Source of the DNA: Candidatus Krumholzibacteriia bacterium
GTDB lineage: Bacteria > Krumholzibacteriota > Krumholzibacteriia > LZORAL124-64-63
DNA: 64,000 nt
Reading direction: 5' to 3'
Assembly: GCA_050174015.1 (NCBI GenBank)
Contig: JBFXKG010000006.1
Coordinates: 128,001 to 192,000, forward strand
Of this stretch, positions 21,355 to 29,663 are shown piece after piece. Below the pieces are notes generated by a model, which saw nothing but the letters and a program-made list of their open reading frames with translations, was not told where the DNA came from and searched no databases. The position numbers were made by a program, and so were the translations under genes. The first letter of the stretch is position 1; the number at the start of each line of letters is the position of its first letter.

Positions 21355-22290
21355 CTACCAGACCAGGTTCAGGGAGATCTTGTGCCCGTCGTCGAAGCCT
21401 TCCTCGGTCATGTCCGAGAAGGCGTAATCCAGGCGCAGCCTGCCGACCAGGAAACCCACCCCGGCGGTCAGGCCCTGGGAATCGTAGTTGACCCGGGTCC
21501 CCGCCCGCAGGGCCAGCTCCGGCAGCAGCCGCAGTTCGGCGCCAACGTGGGCCTTCTCGTTGGTGTCGCGGGGCATGAGGATGTCCCCCGTCACCGTCAG
21601 CTTGCCCTGCAGGAAGGCGCTCGCCGGCGTGTAGGCCGCGCCCAGGCGCGCCGCCGTCGGCAGGTCGAAGGCCTCGTCCTTCAGGTTCATCTGCCCGCCC
21701 AGGTTCGTGGCCGAAGCGGCGAACACCAGGCCCTCGATGAGCGTCTTGTGGGTGATGAAGAAGTCGAACGCGAAGCCCGTGTCGGAGTAGAAGTCGATCT
21801 TCTCGTAGACCATCTTCACGCCCACGCCGGCGGCGAAGCTGTCGCCCAGGGGATGGGCGTAGTTCAGCCCGAAGGCGACGTCGTAGGGTTCGAAGGTGCC
21901 CTCGAAGACGTTCGTCCCCGATTCGAGGGTGTGGCGGTCGATCTCGTCGGAGTAGAACCCCATGAAGGAGAATCCCAGGACACCCCGCCCGATGCGGTGG
22001 GCCACCGCCGCCGCCTCGTGGCTGAACAGGCCGAGGTAGCGGTTGTGCTGCAGGGTCAGTTCCGTCCGGAAGTCGGCGAAGACGTTGTTCGCGGGGTTCC
22101 AGAAGACGGCCGTGGCGCCGCTGCTGGTGGCCACCCCGGCCTCGCCCATCCCGGCCTCGCGGGCGCCGACGCCCATCCGCAGGGACAGCAGGCCGGCCTC
22201 GCCGGGATTGCCGGCCCGGGCCGGTCCGCACACCCCGGCCATCAGGGCCGCAGCCAGAATGAAAGAAGCCGTCACGTGCTTGCGAATCAT
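21355..22290 (-). CDS. PorV/PorQ-family outer-membrane beta-barrel
   Basis: Signal peptide; LRMGVGAREAGMGEA...FWNPA signature; alternating beta-strands; ends in an aromatic residue (SLNLVW). Confidence 0.85.
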   Translation of the reverse strand: MIRKHVTASFILAAALMAGVCGPARAGNPGEAGLLSLRMGVGAREAGMGEAGVATSSGATAVFWNPANNVFADFRTELTLQHNRYLGLFSHEAAAVAHRIGRGVLGFSFMGFYSDEIDRHTLESGTNVFEGTFEPYDVAFGLNYAHPLGDSFAAGVGVKMVYEKIDFYSDTGFAFDFFITHKTLIEGLVFAASATNLGGQMNLKDEAFDLPTAARLGAAYTPASAFLQGKLTVTGDILMPRDTNEKAHVGAELRLLPELALRAGTRVNYDSQGLTAGVGFLVGRLRLDYAFSDMTEEGFDDGHKISLNLVW

Positions 22291-22325
22291 GGGTTCCCTT
22301 TCCTCTCCTGCCGGTTCCGGCCGCC

Positions 22326-25300
22326 TCAGCGGACCACCGCGAACGTCGTCACACTGTAATCCATTTCCCCGCCGGTATCGACCTCGAGCCTGCAGAGATA
22401 CATGCCCGTCACCACGCCGTCCAGCCCCAATTCCAGCGTGAAGGGATCGCCGTACGAGACCTCCCGCCAGCCGGTGGACGCCACCCGCTCCCCTTCGACG
22501 GTATAGACGGACGCCCGGGCCTTCCCGGGAGAGCGCAGCAGACCCCGGACGAACAGGGGACCCCCGTGGAGGGGATTGGGCGTGACCAGGTGGCTTCCCG
22601 AGACCAGCCCCGCCCCCGGCGCCGGAGGCGGCAAGGTGTTCAAGTCGGCCGCGTCGTAGGCGCCGTTGCGCCAGATGTTCCCGCCATCCATGGGCCAGAC
22701 CGGATCGGGTTCCGCCACGTCGCTCCAGACCATCACCGTGGACACCGGGATCCCGTCCAGGCGCCCCTCGGCGAGATCGAGGCCGGTGATGCGGTCGAAG
22801 GTCCCGATCGCCACCAGGTCCAGGGCTTCCTCCCCGCCGAGGTCTCCCAGGGCAGGAGTGCCGGCGCAGTTCCCCGGCCCGGCCAGGGGCCAGCCGGGGA
22901 TCTCCTCGCCCATGGTCCCGCGCGCCATGATGCGGCCATCCTCCAGCGGGAAGATGGTCTGGTGCAGGGGCAGATCCGTACCGACCAGGCGGCAGACCAG
23001 GGGTCCGCCGGGGTGGGGGTTGTCCCCCGCGCCGCCGCTCGCGCGGGGCCAGCCGTCCTGCCAGTCGCCGAAGTGGCCCACGCGTCCCAGGAAGTCGGGG
23101 CCCAGGAATGCGCCGCCGGGTGCGAGGGGCGACGAGACCGCGACGCGGTCGGACCAGCGGATGGGTTCCCGCAACGGGTTCCCCATCCCATCCACGAAGA
23201 GGGTCTGTCCGGCCCCGGATTCGCCGGGAACCATGAGGGTCAGAGTGGGATCCCCGGGATCGTCCCCCAGGCTGCCCGCCAGGACGGGGCCGGCCCCGGG
23301 CCGGATCCCCAGCGGGAGGGTGACGTGCAGCGGAGGTTCGCCCTGGACGAGGACGTCGGGGCCCCAGATCTCCAGCCGGTGCTCGTCCTGACCGGAGGTG
23401 TCCCCGCAGGCGAGGAAGAAAACACCCTCCGCTCCCATGACCGGCCGTGACGCCGGGAGGCGCCCGTCCCCCTCCACCTGCTGGAAGCCGGGAACGCCGA
23501 CGGCGTACCTCCGCAGGGAATAACCGCCGGCCTCGACAACCACGATCATGTCGACGGGCTGAACCACCGCAGGGAGGTAGGATGAGCCCAGGCCCGGATC
23601 CAGGACGACCGGCAGCCGGCACACCCCCGGGAGTTCCCGCAGGAGGCCGAAGCTGCCGCCGGTGTCGTCACTGACGGGAGTGCCATCGGCGTTGAAGGCG
23701 TAGATTCCCTGGCGGGCGGTGATGACGATCTCGGGTTCCCCGTCCGCATCGATGTCGCCCATGGCCGCCGGCGGGTTCCACCGGACGGGTTCCCCTGCCC
23801 AGGTTCCCACGGCGAAGGGTTCGAACGTTTCCGGAACACCATCGTGATCGAGGTACTCGTCGAGATCCCCGTCCAGGACGAAGATCTCGCCGTCCGCACC
23901 GGTGAGGACGATCTCGTCCGGAGTGCCGCCGCCGTCGAGGTCGCCCGTCAGCACGTGCCCCCCGCGCAGGTCGATCCCGTCGGGCAGGGTGCGGCGGGCG
24001 CCGAGCACCGGCCCTTCGCCGCCGGCTGCGGAGGTCATGACGGTGAAGCCCACCCGGTCGGCATAGGTCTTGCCCCAGAGGGTGTCCGCGCCGTCCACGT
24101 AAAGGATGTACCCGCGATCGCTCATCAGGACGTCGCTGAAATCCAGGAAGTGGATGCCGGTGGCCGCCCCGGAGGCGGTCCCGGTGTCAGGCCGCGTGAA
24201 GGGGGTGAAATCCGCAGCCCCCTCGCCCCGGAAGCTGTCGTCGTCCCCGCCGAGGATGTACTCCGAAGGATTGCCCGAATCCAGATCCTGGATGCCATCT
24301 GCCTCCTCCAGATCGACCGCCTTGTGCGCGGGATCGGCGTTGTAGAGGTTCGGACCGCCGAAGACGTCCCGGATGACGCCCTCGTCCACGTGCCAGATGT
24401 AGACCCCGCTGCCGGCTCCCTTGACCCCCTCCTCGCGCGCGGAGTTCTCGCTCATGAAGAAATCCCACTCGGCGCCGGTCAGGGCCTCGACGCTGTCCTC
24501 GGAGGCGTCGAAGAAACCCACCGGGAAGTGGTGGGGCGGATTGCTGGCGTCCCAGAAGTTGGGGATGCCGTCGCCGTTCTTGTCGTCGGCGAAGGAGAAG
24601 ATCCCGTTGCCGTCGGGATCCTGGAGGCGGTATTCCAGGAGCCAGTACTCCTGGCCGTTCACGTCGACGCGGGCGCACGCCAGCGGATCGGCAGGATTTC
24701 CGGCCGGAGCGAGTTCATGGGTGGCGTAGACCCCCGGATCGACCTCGAAGGGATCCAGCCAGCCCATGAGCATCTTGTTGAAGGCGATGGGTTGGGGAGG
24801 GATCCAGCCCAGGCCGACGAACAGCCCGTACCCCATCAGGCCGAACTCCCCGATGCCCTGGCTGTCGGGCCGGCCGGCGGGGGTGAAGTCGCTCAGGGAA
24901 AGCATGCCCAGGCGCAGTCCCACCTCGAAACAGTAGACTCCCAGGCTGCCGAAGAAGCCCCCGTAGCCGCCGACGGGATCCTGGTACTCCGTCTCGGGCA
25001 GGATGAGGACGTGGTCGAGTCCGCGCTCGCCCCCGAAATCCCCGCCGGCCAGGAAGGGCTGCTCAAGCAGGCCGTCCTCGACCGCACTCCGGAAGTCGTC
25101 CGGATCGAGGTAGGTGCTGTAGATCTGCTCGGGGCTGTCGCCCAGGATGTCGGTCTCCTCCCCCGCGCCCGCGTGGATCAGGATGACCGTGTCGTAGGGG
25201 CTGAAATCGATGTCCCCGTCGAGCGCCGACACGACCTCGGACACCAGCAGGAAGGGCTGTTCCCCCTCGGTGGGGTGGTCGCCGTAGAACGCCATGCCCC

Positions 25301-25766
25301 GAGGCAGATTCACGGGGTGGGACCAGATCGTGAAGTCGAAGGTGAAGCGGCCGCCGCTGACCGCACCATAATAGCGGGCGACGTCGCCGAGAAGGTTGTG
25401 GAAGTAGAGGGAGTCGTGGGCGGCGTAGTAGATCTCGCTCTGGCGAGGCTCGGGAAAGTCCCCTTCCACCAGGCCGTACCGCCCCAGCAACAGGCTGTCG
25501 GAGAAGTCGCACATCAGGACGATGGCGTGGATCGCGTCGGGAGCCTTTTCGCCCGCCAGCCGGCGGGATGCCGGTCCGCCGACCTGATCCCGCAGGGGCC
25601 CGGAGGATTCCAGCAGGGCCTCGTACACGGGAGCGGGCAGGGTCGGGTCCTTCACGAGGGGATGGCCGGGGGGCGCCCCGGGGGCGGCCGCCGCCAGGAC
25701 CGCCGGCAGGAAAAGGCCGAACACCAGGATGGCGCCGAGGGGAATGCGGTTGGAGGGAGCCGGCAT
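22326..25766 (-). CDS. Secreted M6 (immune inhibitor A)-like protein with FG-GAP/VCBS-like repeats and a T9SS-like C-terminal domain; zinc motif degenerate
   Basis: Signal peptide; DFSPYD..IHAGAGEE, FGLMGYG, KMLMGW, EYWLLEYR, GVYIWHVDE, VDLEEADG; DxDxDG repeats; C-terminal PNP...VYTVEGERV...GMYLCRL. Confidence 0.8.
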   Translation of the reverse strand: MPAPSNRIPLGAILVFGLFLPAVLAAAAPGAPPGHPLVKDPTLPAPVYEALLESSGPLRDQVGGPASRRLAGEKAPDAIHAIVLMCDFSDSLLLGRYGLVEGDFPEPRQSEIYYAAHDSLYFHNLLGDVARYYGAVSGGRFTFDFTIWSHPVNLPRGMAFYGDHPTEGEQPFLLVSEVVSALDGDIDFSPYDTVILIHAGAGEETDILGDSPEQIYSTYLDPDDFRSAVEDGLLEQPFLAGGDFGGERGLDHVLILPETEYQDPVGGYGGFFGSLGVYCFEVGLRLGMLSLSDFTPAGRPDSQGIGEFGLMGYGLFVGLGWIPPQPIAFNKMLMGWLDPFEVDPGVYATHELAPAGNPADPLACARVDVNGQEYWLLEYRLQDPDGNGIFSFADDKNGDGIPNFWDASNPPHHFPVGFFDASEDSVEALTGAEWDFFMSENSAREEGVKGAGSGVYIWHVDEGVIRDVFGGPNLYNADPAHKAVDLEEADGIQDLDSGNPSEYILGGDDDSFRGEGAADFTPFTRPDTGTASGAATGIHFLDFSDVLMSDRGYILYVDGADTLWGKTYADRVGFTVMTSAAGGEGPVLGARRTLPDGIDLRGGHVLTGDLDGGGTPDEIVLTGADGEIFVLDGDLDEYLDHDGVPETFEPFAVGTWAGEPVRWNPPAAMGDIDADGEPEIVITARQGIYAFNADGTPVSDDTGGSFGLLRELPGVCRLPVVLDPGLGSSYLPAVVQPVDMIVVVEAGGYSLRRYAVGVPGFQQVEGDGRLPASRPVMGAEGVFFLACGDTSGQDEHRLEIWGPDVLVQGEPPLHVTLPLGIRPGAGPVLAGSLGDDPGDPTLTLMVPGESGAGQTLFVDGMGNPLREPIRWSDRVAVSSPLAPGGAFLGPDFLGRVGHFGDWQDGWPRASGGAGDNPHPGGPLVCRLVGTDLPLHQTIFPLEDGRIMARGTMGEEIPGWPLAGPGNCAGTPALGDLGGEEALDLVAIGTFDRITGLDLAEGRLDGIPVSTVMVWSDVAEPDPVWPMDGGNIWRNGAYDAADLNTLPPPAPGAGLVSGSHLVTPNPLHGGPLFVRGLLRSPGKARASVYTVEGERVASTGWREVSYGDPFTLELGLDGVVTGMYLCRLEVDTGGEMDYSVTTFAVVR

Positions 25767-25836
25767 GGATCCAGGGCCTTTCGGAACGCCCCCAGGGCGT
25801 GATCACGATGTCTCTTCGGGTGTCCGCTGAGCCGGC

Positions 25837-25865
25837 ATTATAGAAACCCGTTACCCTCCGGTCAA
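25837..25865 (-). promoter_or_regulatory. Near-consensus sigma-70 promoter of the M6-like/PorV pair
   Basis: Minus strand TTGACC-N17-TATAAT, 70 bp upstream of ATG 25766. Confidence 0.75.
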
Positions 25866-25908
25866 TTGCTGGTAGCGGGGAATCCGGCCTGCGGGTTGCG
25901 GTTCGTGG

Positions 25909-26089
25909 AAAAAAAAGAGAGCCCAACGCGGTACCTGTCACCCCTGATCGACATTCCCTCGCCGGGCTCTCTCCCATGTGTCGGTGTCCCCGTCCTGTCG
26001 GGTCGTCATCCTTCCCGATTGGCTGCCAACCTTTCCGAGAATCCGATGGCTCTCCGGCCGACGGGTGATGGGGGGAAACCACCAACACA
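25909..26089 (-). ncRNA. Candidate structured RNA or 3' UTR element ending in an intrinsic terminator
   Basis: Minus strand TGTGTTGGTG (26089-26080) pairs with CACCGACACA (25986-25977) and encloses hairpins. AGAGAGCCCGGCG/CGTTGGGCTCTCT follows, then a U8 tract. G-U pairs favour the minus strand. Confidence 0.5.
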
Positions 26090-26117
26090 AAGCCTGTCAC
26101 CGTCCGGGCGGTCCCCC

Positions 26118-27911
26118 TCAGGGGGAACGCTGCCTACCCCCCGAGGAATCGCTGGAGCGGCTGCCGCTCCGGCCGGACCCTGAACCCCCGCCGCTGCGGG
26201 ATCCTCCGCCCGATCCGCCGCTGCGGGAGGAGCCGCTGCTCGAATCGCCGCTGCGGGACCGGCTGCTGTCCATCTTGGGCGTGCTGGATCCCCGGTCCTT
26301 CGTCCGGCTCGAGGAATCGCTGCGCGGCTTGACCACCGGCCTGTCCCCGCCCCGGTCCTGGCGGGGCTGGACCCGGGGCTCGGATCGGCTGCCCGAATCC
26401 TGTCGGCGGGGGGCGACCTGGGGAGACCGGGTCCCGCGATCGGTGGATCCGGGGCTGGAGTTCCAGATCCGGGTTCCCTTCTTGCGCGGTTCCACCGGCT
26501 TGATGGTCCGGTCGCCCGGCTGGGCGGGCTGGGCCGGCTTGGTTGTCCGATCCACCCCGGGAGCGACCCGGGCGCCGCCCGCGCCGTCCGGCGTGCGGGT
26601 GCGCGTCACGGGCGAAAGGGCCGGTTTCTCGCCGTCTCCGGCGGCCCGGTGGCGGTAGTCCTCGCGGGTCCGGGGAGCGTCCACGCCGGCGGGCTTGTTC
26701 GGCTCCCTGATGCGAAGTCCGGCCGCAGATCCGTCCCGGGAGGACGTCTCGATCACGGGCCGCGTCCGGGCCGCGGGATCCTGTCCCACGAAGGAGCCTG
26801 CCACCCGACTGCCGCCGGTGGGGTCGGCGCCCCGGGTCCGCTGGACGTCGGTGGGACGCAGAGGAGTCCGGGTCCTCATGGCTTGCCGCTGATCTTCTCC
26901 CGGCCCTTCGGCGCCCACCAGGGGTGTCGCCCGGGCGTATTCACGGGTCTTGCGCGCGGTGCGGTCGCCGTCGTACGGGGTCAGCGGACGGTAGCGGTGC
27001 CGGCCTCCGTCGTGCCCGTAGTAGACGTCGCCCCAGTAGTAGGGGGAGTCGCTCCAGGCCCAGCAGGTGGAATGCCAGGAGTACCCGTAGTAGGGTCCGC
27101 AGGTGTAGTGGGGCCAGTACCAGAAGTTCACCCAGGGACGGTAGGTCCAGGGATCGACGTACACGTAGACGGGCTGGTAGTAGACCGGGTAGTAGCCGTG
27201 GTGATCGTACCAGTTGTTGCCCCAGCCGTAATCGTACGTGATCTCCAGGGTGCAGCGGTCATCATAGGGGTCGTAGACGACCTCGTCGTCCAGGTGGCAC
27301 TGGTTGCACAGGTATCGGGGATGGTCGACCTTCCGGTGGACGTAGTAACCCGCGTAGTTGGTCACCACGTAGTCCTCGGAATCCTCCAGACCGGTGACCG
27401 CGTAGTTGACCTCGTTCATGGCCAGGAAGGGATCGCCGGCGACGTAGAAGTCGAACCGACCGTCCCTGGCCTCGTGGTGGAAGTCGATCTCCAGCGCCCG
27501 CAGATCGAAAGGATACCGCGACGCCAGGACCTGGACGAAACCCTCGCCCTCGACGTTGCCGGCGAAGATCTGCGCGGCCCCGCCCACCGGCAGCTTGTAC
27601 TCGTGACCCGCGAAGACGAAACCGTCGTCCAGGCGGGACCGGGGCCAGAGCACGGTCACGGCGCCTTCGGTGTCGATGCGGTAGACGACGGCGTAGGCGT
27701 CCTCGTTGACCTGGAAGCCGACGGTCAACCGGTCGCCGCGCTGGTAGACCTCGTCGGGGCCCTTGTCCAGCCACACGGCGGCCCGCAGGCCGACCTGGTC
27801 GAAATCGAACCCCTTGCCCCCCGCGTCCTGAGCCGTCGCCGGCGCCGCCGCCAGCAGCGCCAGGGCCAGGGCCAGGGCTGCCGGGGCTGCTTTGTTCGTC
27901 AGTGTCTTCAT
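26118..27911 (-). CDS. Secreted DUF4384-domain protein with CxxCH motif, Tyr/Trp-rich segment and Ser/Gly/Arg-rich tail
   Basis: Signal peptide; VYQRGDRLTVGFQVNEDAYAVVYRIDTEGAVTVLWP matches the DUF4384 pattern; LCNQCH. Confidence 0.8.
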   Translation of the reverse strand: MKTLTNKAAPAALALALALLAAAPATAQDAGGKGFDFDQVGLRAAVWLDKGPDEVYQRGDRLTVGFQVNEDAYAVVYRIDTEGAVTVLWPRSRLDDGFVFAGHEYKLPVGGAAQIFAGNVEGEGFVQVLASRYPFDLRALEIDFHHEARDGRFDFYVAGDPFLAMNEVNYAVTGLEDSEDYVVTNYAGYYVHRKVDHPRYLCNQCHLDDEVVYDPYDDRCTLEITYDYGWGNNWYDHHGYYPVYYQPVYVYVDPWTYRPWVNFWYWPHYTCGPYYGYSWHSTCWAWSDSPYYWGDVYYGHDGGRHRYRPLTPYDGDRTARKTREYARATPLVGAEGPGEDQRQAMRTRTPLRPTDVQRTRGADPTGGSRVAGSFVGQDPAARTRPVIETSSRDGSAAGLRIREPNKPAGVDAPRTREDYRHRAAGDGEKPALSPVTRTRTPDGAGGARVAPGVDRTTKPAQPAQPGDRTIKPVEPRKKGTRIWNSSPGSTDRGTRSPQVAPRRQDSGSRSEPRVQPRQDRGGDRPVVKPRSDSSSRTKDRGSSTPKMDSSRSRSGDSSSGSSRSGGSGGGSRSGGGSGSGRSGSRSSDSSGGRQRSP

Positions 27912-27936
27912 GGCTCTTCTCTCCTGTCCAAGGCGC

Positions 27937-28989
27937 CTAGAGGCGGATCATGCCGGGCTTGAGGGACGCCTGGACCGGCACCTCGGGCGCCTTGAGTTCG
28001 GGCAGGTTCGGAATCAGCTGGTAGGCCCAGAAGATCTTCACGTACTGGGTCGCAGCGACGTCCACCACGCCGAGCTTGGCGTAGTGGAGGCTCTGGGTGG
28101 CCGGATCGTAGATCTCGACCACGTAGATGTGGTCCAGCGTCAGTTCCATGCGGCCGGTGTGGGAATACCCCTCGGCCGGGGCCCAGGACACCCGCTCCCA
28201 CCAGTACAGTCCGGCCGGCCCCTGGGGATTGCCGGCATCCTGGATCAGGACGTTGGGCGAGGTGGTCTCGATCATGGGGACGGTCCCCTCGAAGAACACC
28301 CGGATGTCGGCGGTGGAGGCCGGAAGGTTGGGATCGACGCGCCCGGCGTACTGATCGCCGGGGAACTGGGCCGCGCGGCTGAAGTCGAAACCGCCCAGGG
28401 CGGTGTAGGACCCGTTGATCGAATCGAAGATCTCCACCGCGTCGTCGTCGACTCCCTGGGGCAGGGGCGCGTCCGCGACGAACTCGAAACTCAGCGCGCT
28501 CTCCATGCCTGCGGCGTTCACCGCGGAAACGGCGTACTCGTACTGGCTGCCGTTCAAGGCGTCCTCGTCGTAGAACCAGTGCAGGCCGGTGGTGGGATCG
28601 AAGTTCTCGTCCCAGGCCACCTCCCCCCAGAGGGTGAAGGTGCGGTCGGGGTCGTACTGGTCGCCCTCGGTGAAGTCCCGGGAATAGATGAGATACTTGA
28701 CGACGTTGTCGTTGTAACGGCCGTCATAGGGCGAATAGGCGATGTCGTACCACTGGACGATGACGTAGTTGTCACCGCTGATGCTGTGGACGCCCGTGGG
28801 AACCACCGGAGGCTGGAGCTGGATGCAGTTGACGCAATCCTCGTCGTTGCATCCCGTGGCGGCCGCCAGGGCGACGAGCAGCCCGAGGAGGAGAGCGACC
28901 TTGGCGCCATCGGCTCCCCGACGGCAGACAGGGTTCCTCCCGCTCCGCCGGAAGCCGAATGTCCGTCCTTCTTCTGCTCTGCTGATCAT
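27937..28989 (-). CDS. Putative lipoprotein with fibronectin-III-like domain
   Basis: AGGAGG RBS; lipobox AATG-C; PVVPTGVHSISGD..VQW and YEYAVSAVNAAGMES resemble FN3. Confidence 0.72.
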   Translation of the reverse strand: MISRAEEGRTFGFRRSGRNPVCRRGADGAKVALLLGLLVALAAATGCNDEDCVNCIQLQPPVVPTGVHSISGDNYVIVQWYDIAYSPYDGRYNDNVVKYLIYSRDFTEGDQYDPDRTFTLWGEVAWDENFDPTTGLHWFYDEDALNGSQYEYAVSAVNAAGMESALSFEFVADAPLPQGVDDDAVEIFDSINGSYTALGGFDFSRAAQFPGDQYAGRVDPNLPASTADIRVFFEGTVPMIETTSPNVLIQDAGNPQGPAGLYWWERVSWAPAEGYSHTGRMELTLDHIYVVEIYDPATQSLHYAKLGVVDVAATQYVKIFWAYQLIPNLPELKAPEVPVQASLKPGMIRL

Positions 28990-29035
28990 GCCCAACCTCC
29001 TGTGCGCATTCCCTGGGGGGATCACCCCTCCCTAC

Positions 29036-29050
29036 GCAGGGTCCGTGCCA
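29036..29050 (-). promoter_or_regulatory. Sigma-54 (-24/-12) promoter of the lipoprotein-DUF4384 operon
   Basis: Minus strand TGGCACG-GACC-CTGC against consensus TGGCACG-N4-TTGC; GG-N10-GC spacing is exact; 46 bp upstream of the ATG. Confidence 0.72.
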
Positions 29051-29120
29051 GCCTCAAGGATCTCGGATTCAGCGGGGACCACCGTTCCCGTTCGGGGAAC
29101 ACGGTCGCCGTCCCTCACGC

Positions 29121-29146
29121 CAAGCCCATTGAAAAAAAAGAGTTAA
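29121..29146. promoter_or_regulatory. 26-bp AT-rich motif, copy A (IHF-like or activator site)
   Basis: CAAGCC-N10-AAAGAGTTAA; same spacing as the copies at 29664-29689 and 29769-29794. Confidence 0.5.
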
Positions 29147-29287
29147 GCAAACGACCGGCCATCTTTCCGGAAGGTCCGGGCAGGGTCCCGGGAAAGGACG
29201 GGCTCAGGCAGGGAGCGCGCGGTCAGGGGAGAGGAGGGAATTTGGAGGACAATTTCCCCAAAAGGGGACGGCGGGGGAACGGAAGTG

Positions 29288-29613
29288 AAAAAAGAAAAGA
29301 GCCCCACCTTTCGGTGACCCGATCTTGAATCTCGCCTTTTCAAGATCGGTTGGGCTCTTGTCCTGGGATCCGGTGACCGGATCCATCAACTCTTCTGACC
29401 CGTGTTTCGGGAGGGACGTCCTGGATTCTCTCTCGTCGGCAGAGACGAGTTGCTCAGACCCCACCTCTTCGCAAACATCCCGCCGGCACTTCTTGTTGAG
29501 AATCCCTCCGTTGCCGGTAAGCAGTGGAGGGTTGGGACGCCGACCTCCCGAAAACACGATTTTTCCGTTGCGTCAAACTCTTCAAAGAGGATCCCTGTTA
29601 GCTCACCCCTTCT
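29288..29613 (-). ncRNA. Candidate sigma-54-dependent structured ncRNA (~325 nt)
   Basis: Nested inverted repeats at 29401-14/29544-58, 29415-21/29535-41, 29423-30/29498-505, 29432-37/29444-49, 29504-09/29526-31, 29366-73/29377-84, 29319-29/29339-49 and 29297-304/29352-59. Also a CACC-GAAA-GGTG tetraloop, a U-rich 3' tail and an upstream -24/-12 promoter. Confidence 0.62.
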
Positions 29614-29623
29614 GGCCTACTAC

Positions 29624-29639
29624 AGCACGGTGCGTACCA
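29624..29639 (-). promoter_or_regulatory. Sigma-54 (-24/-12) promoter of the candidate ncRNA
   Basis: Minus strand TGGTACG-CACC-GTGCT with GG-N10-GC spacing; predicted +1 near 29613. Confidence 0.6.
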
Positions 29640-29663
29640 ATAACCCGGGATCAGGATGATATT

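Noticed and set aside
29470..29545. Plus-strand GCAAAC...GGGACGC resembling a c-di-GMP-I (GEMM) riboswitch
   Set aside because: Spacing and the second hairpin do not fit, there is no downstream plus-strand gene, and structural cues favour the minus strand.
29204..29557. 117-aa minus-strand ORF, plus a ~30-aa MFAKRWG... ORF and plus-strand ORFs in the 29.1-29.7 kb gap
   Set aside because: No convincing RBS, atypical codon use, and the long ORF runs through the terminator. Nested base-pairing explains the region better, although a small peptide cannot be fully excluded.
29288..29613. CsrB/RsmZ-type sponge suggested by several GGA motifs
   Set aside because: Most GGAs fall in predicted stems rather than loops, and their number is not clearly above chance at this base composition.
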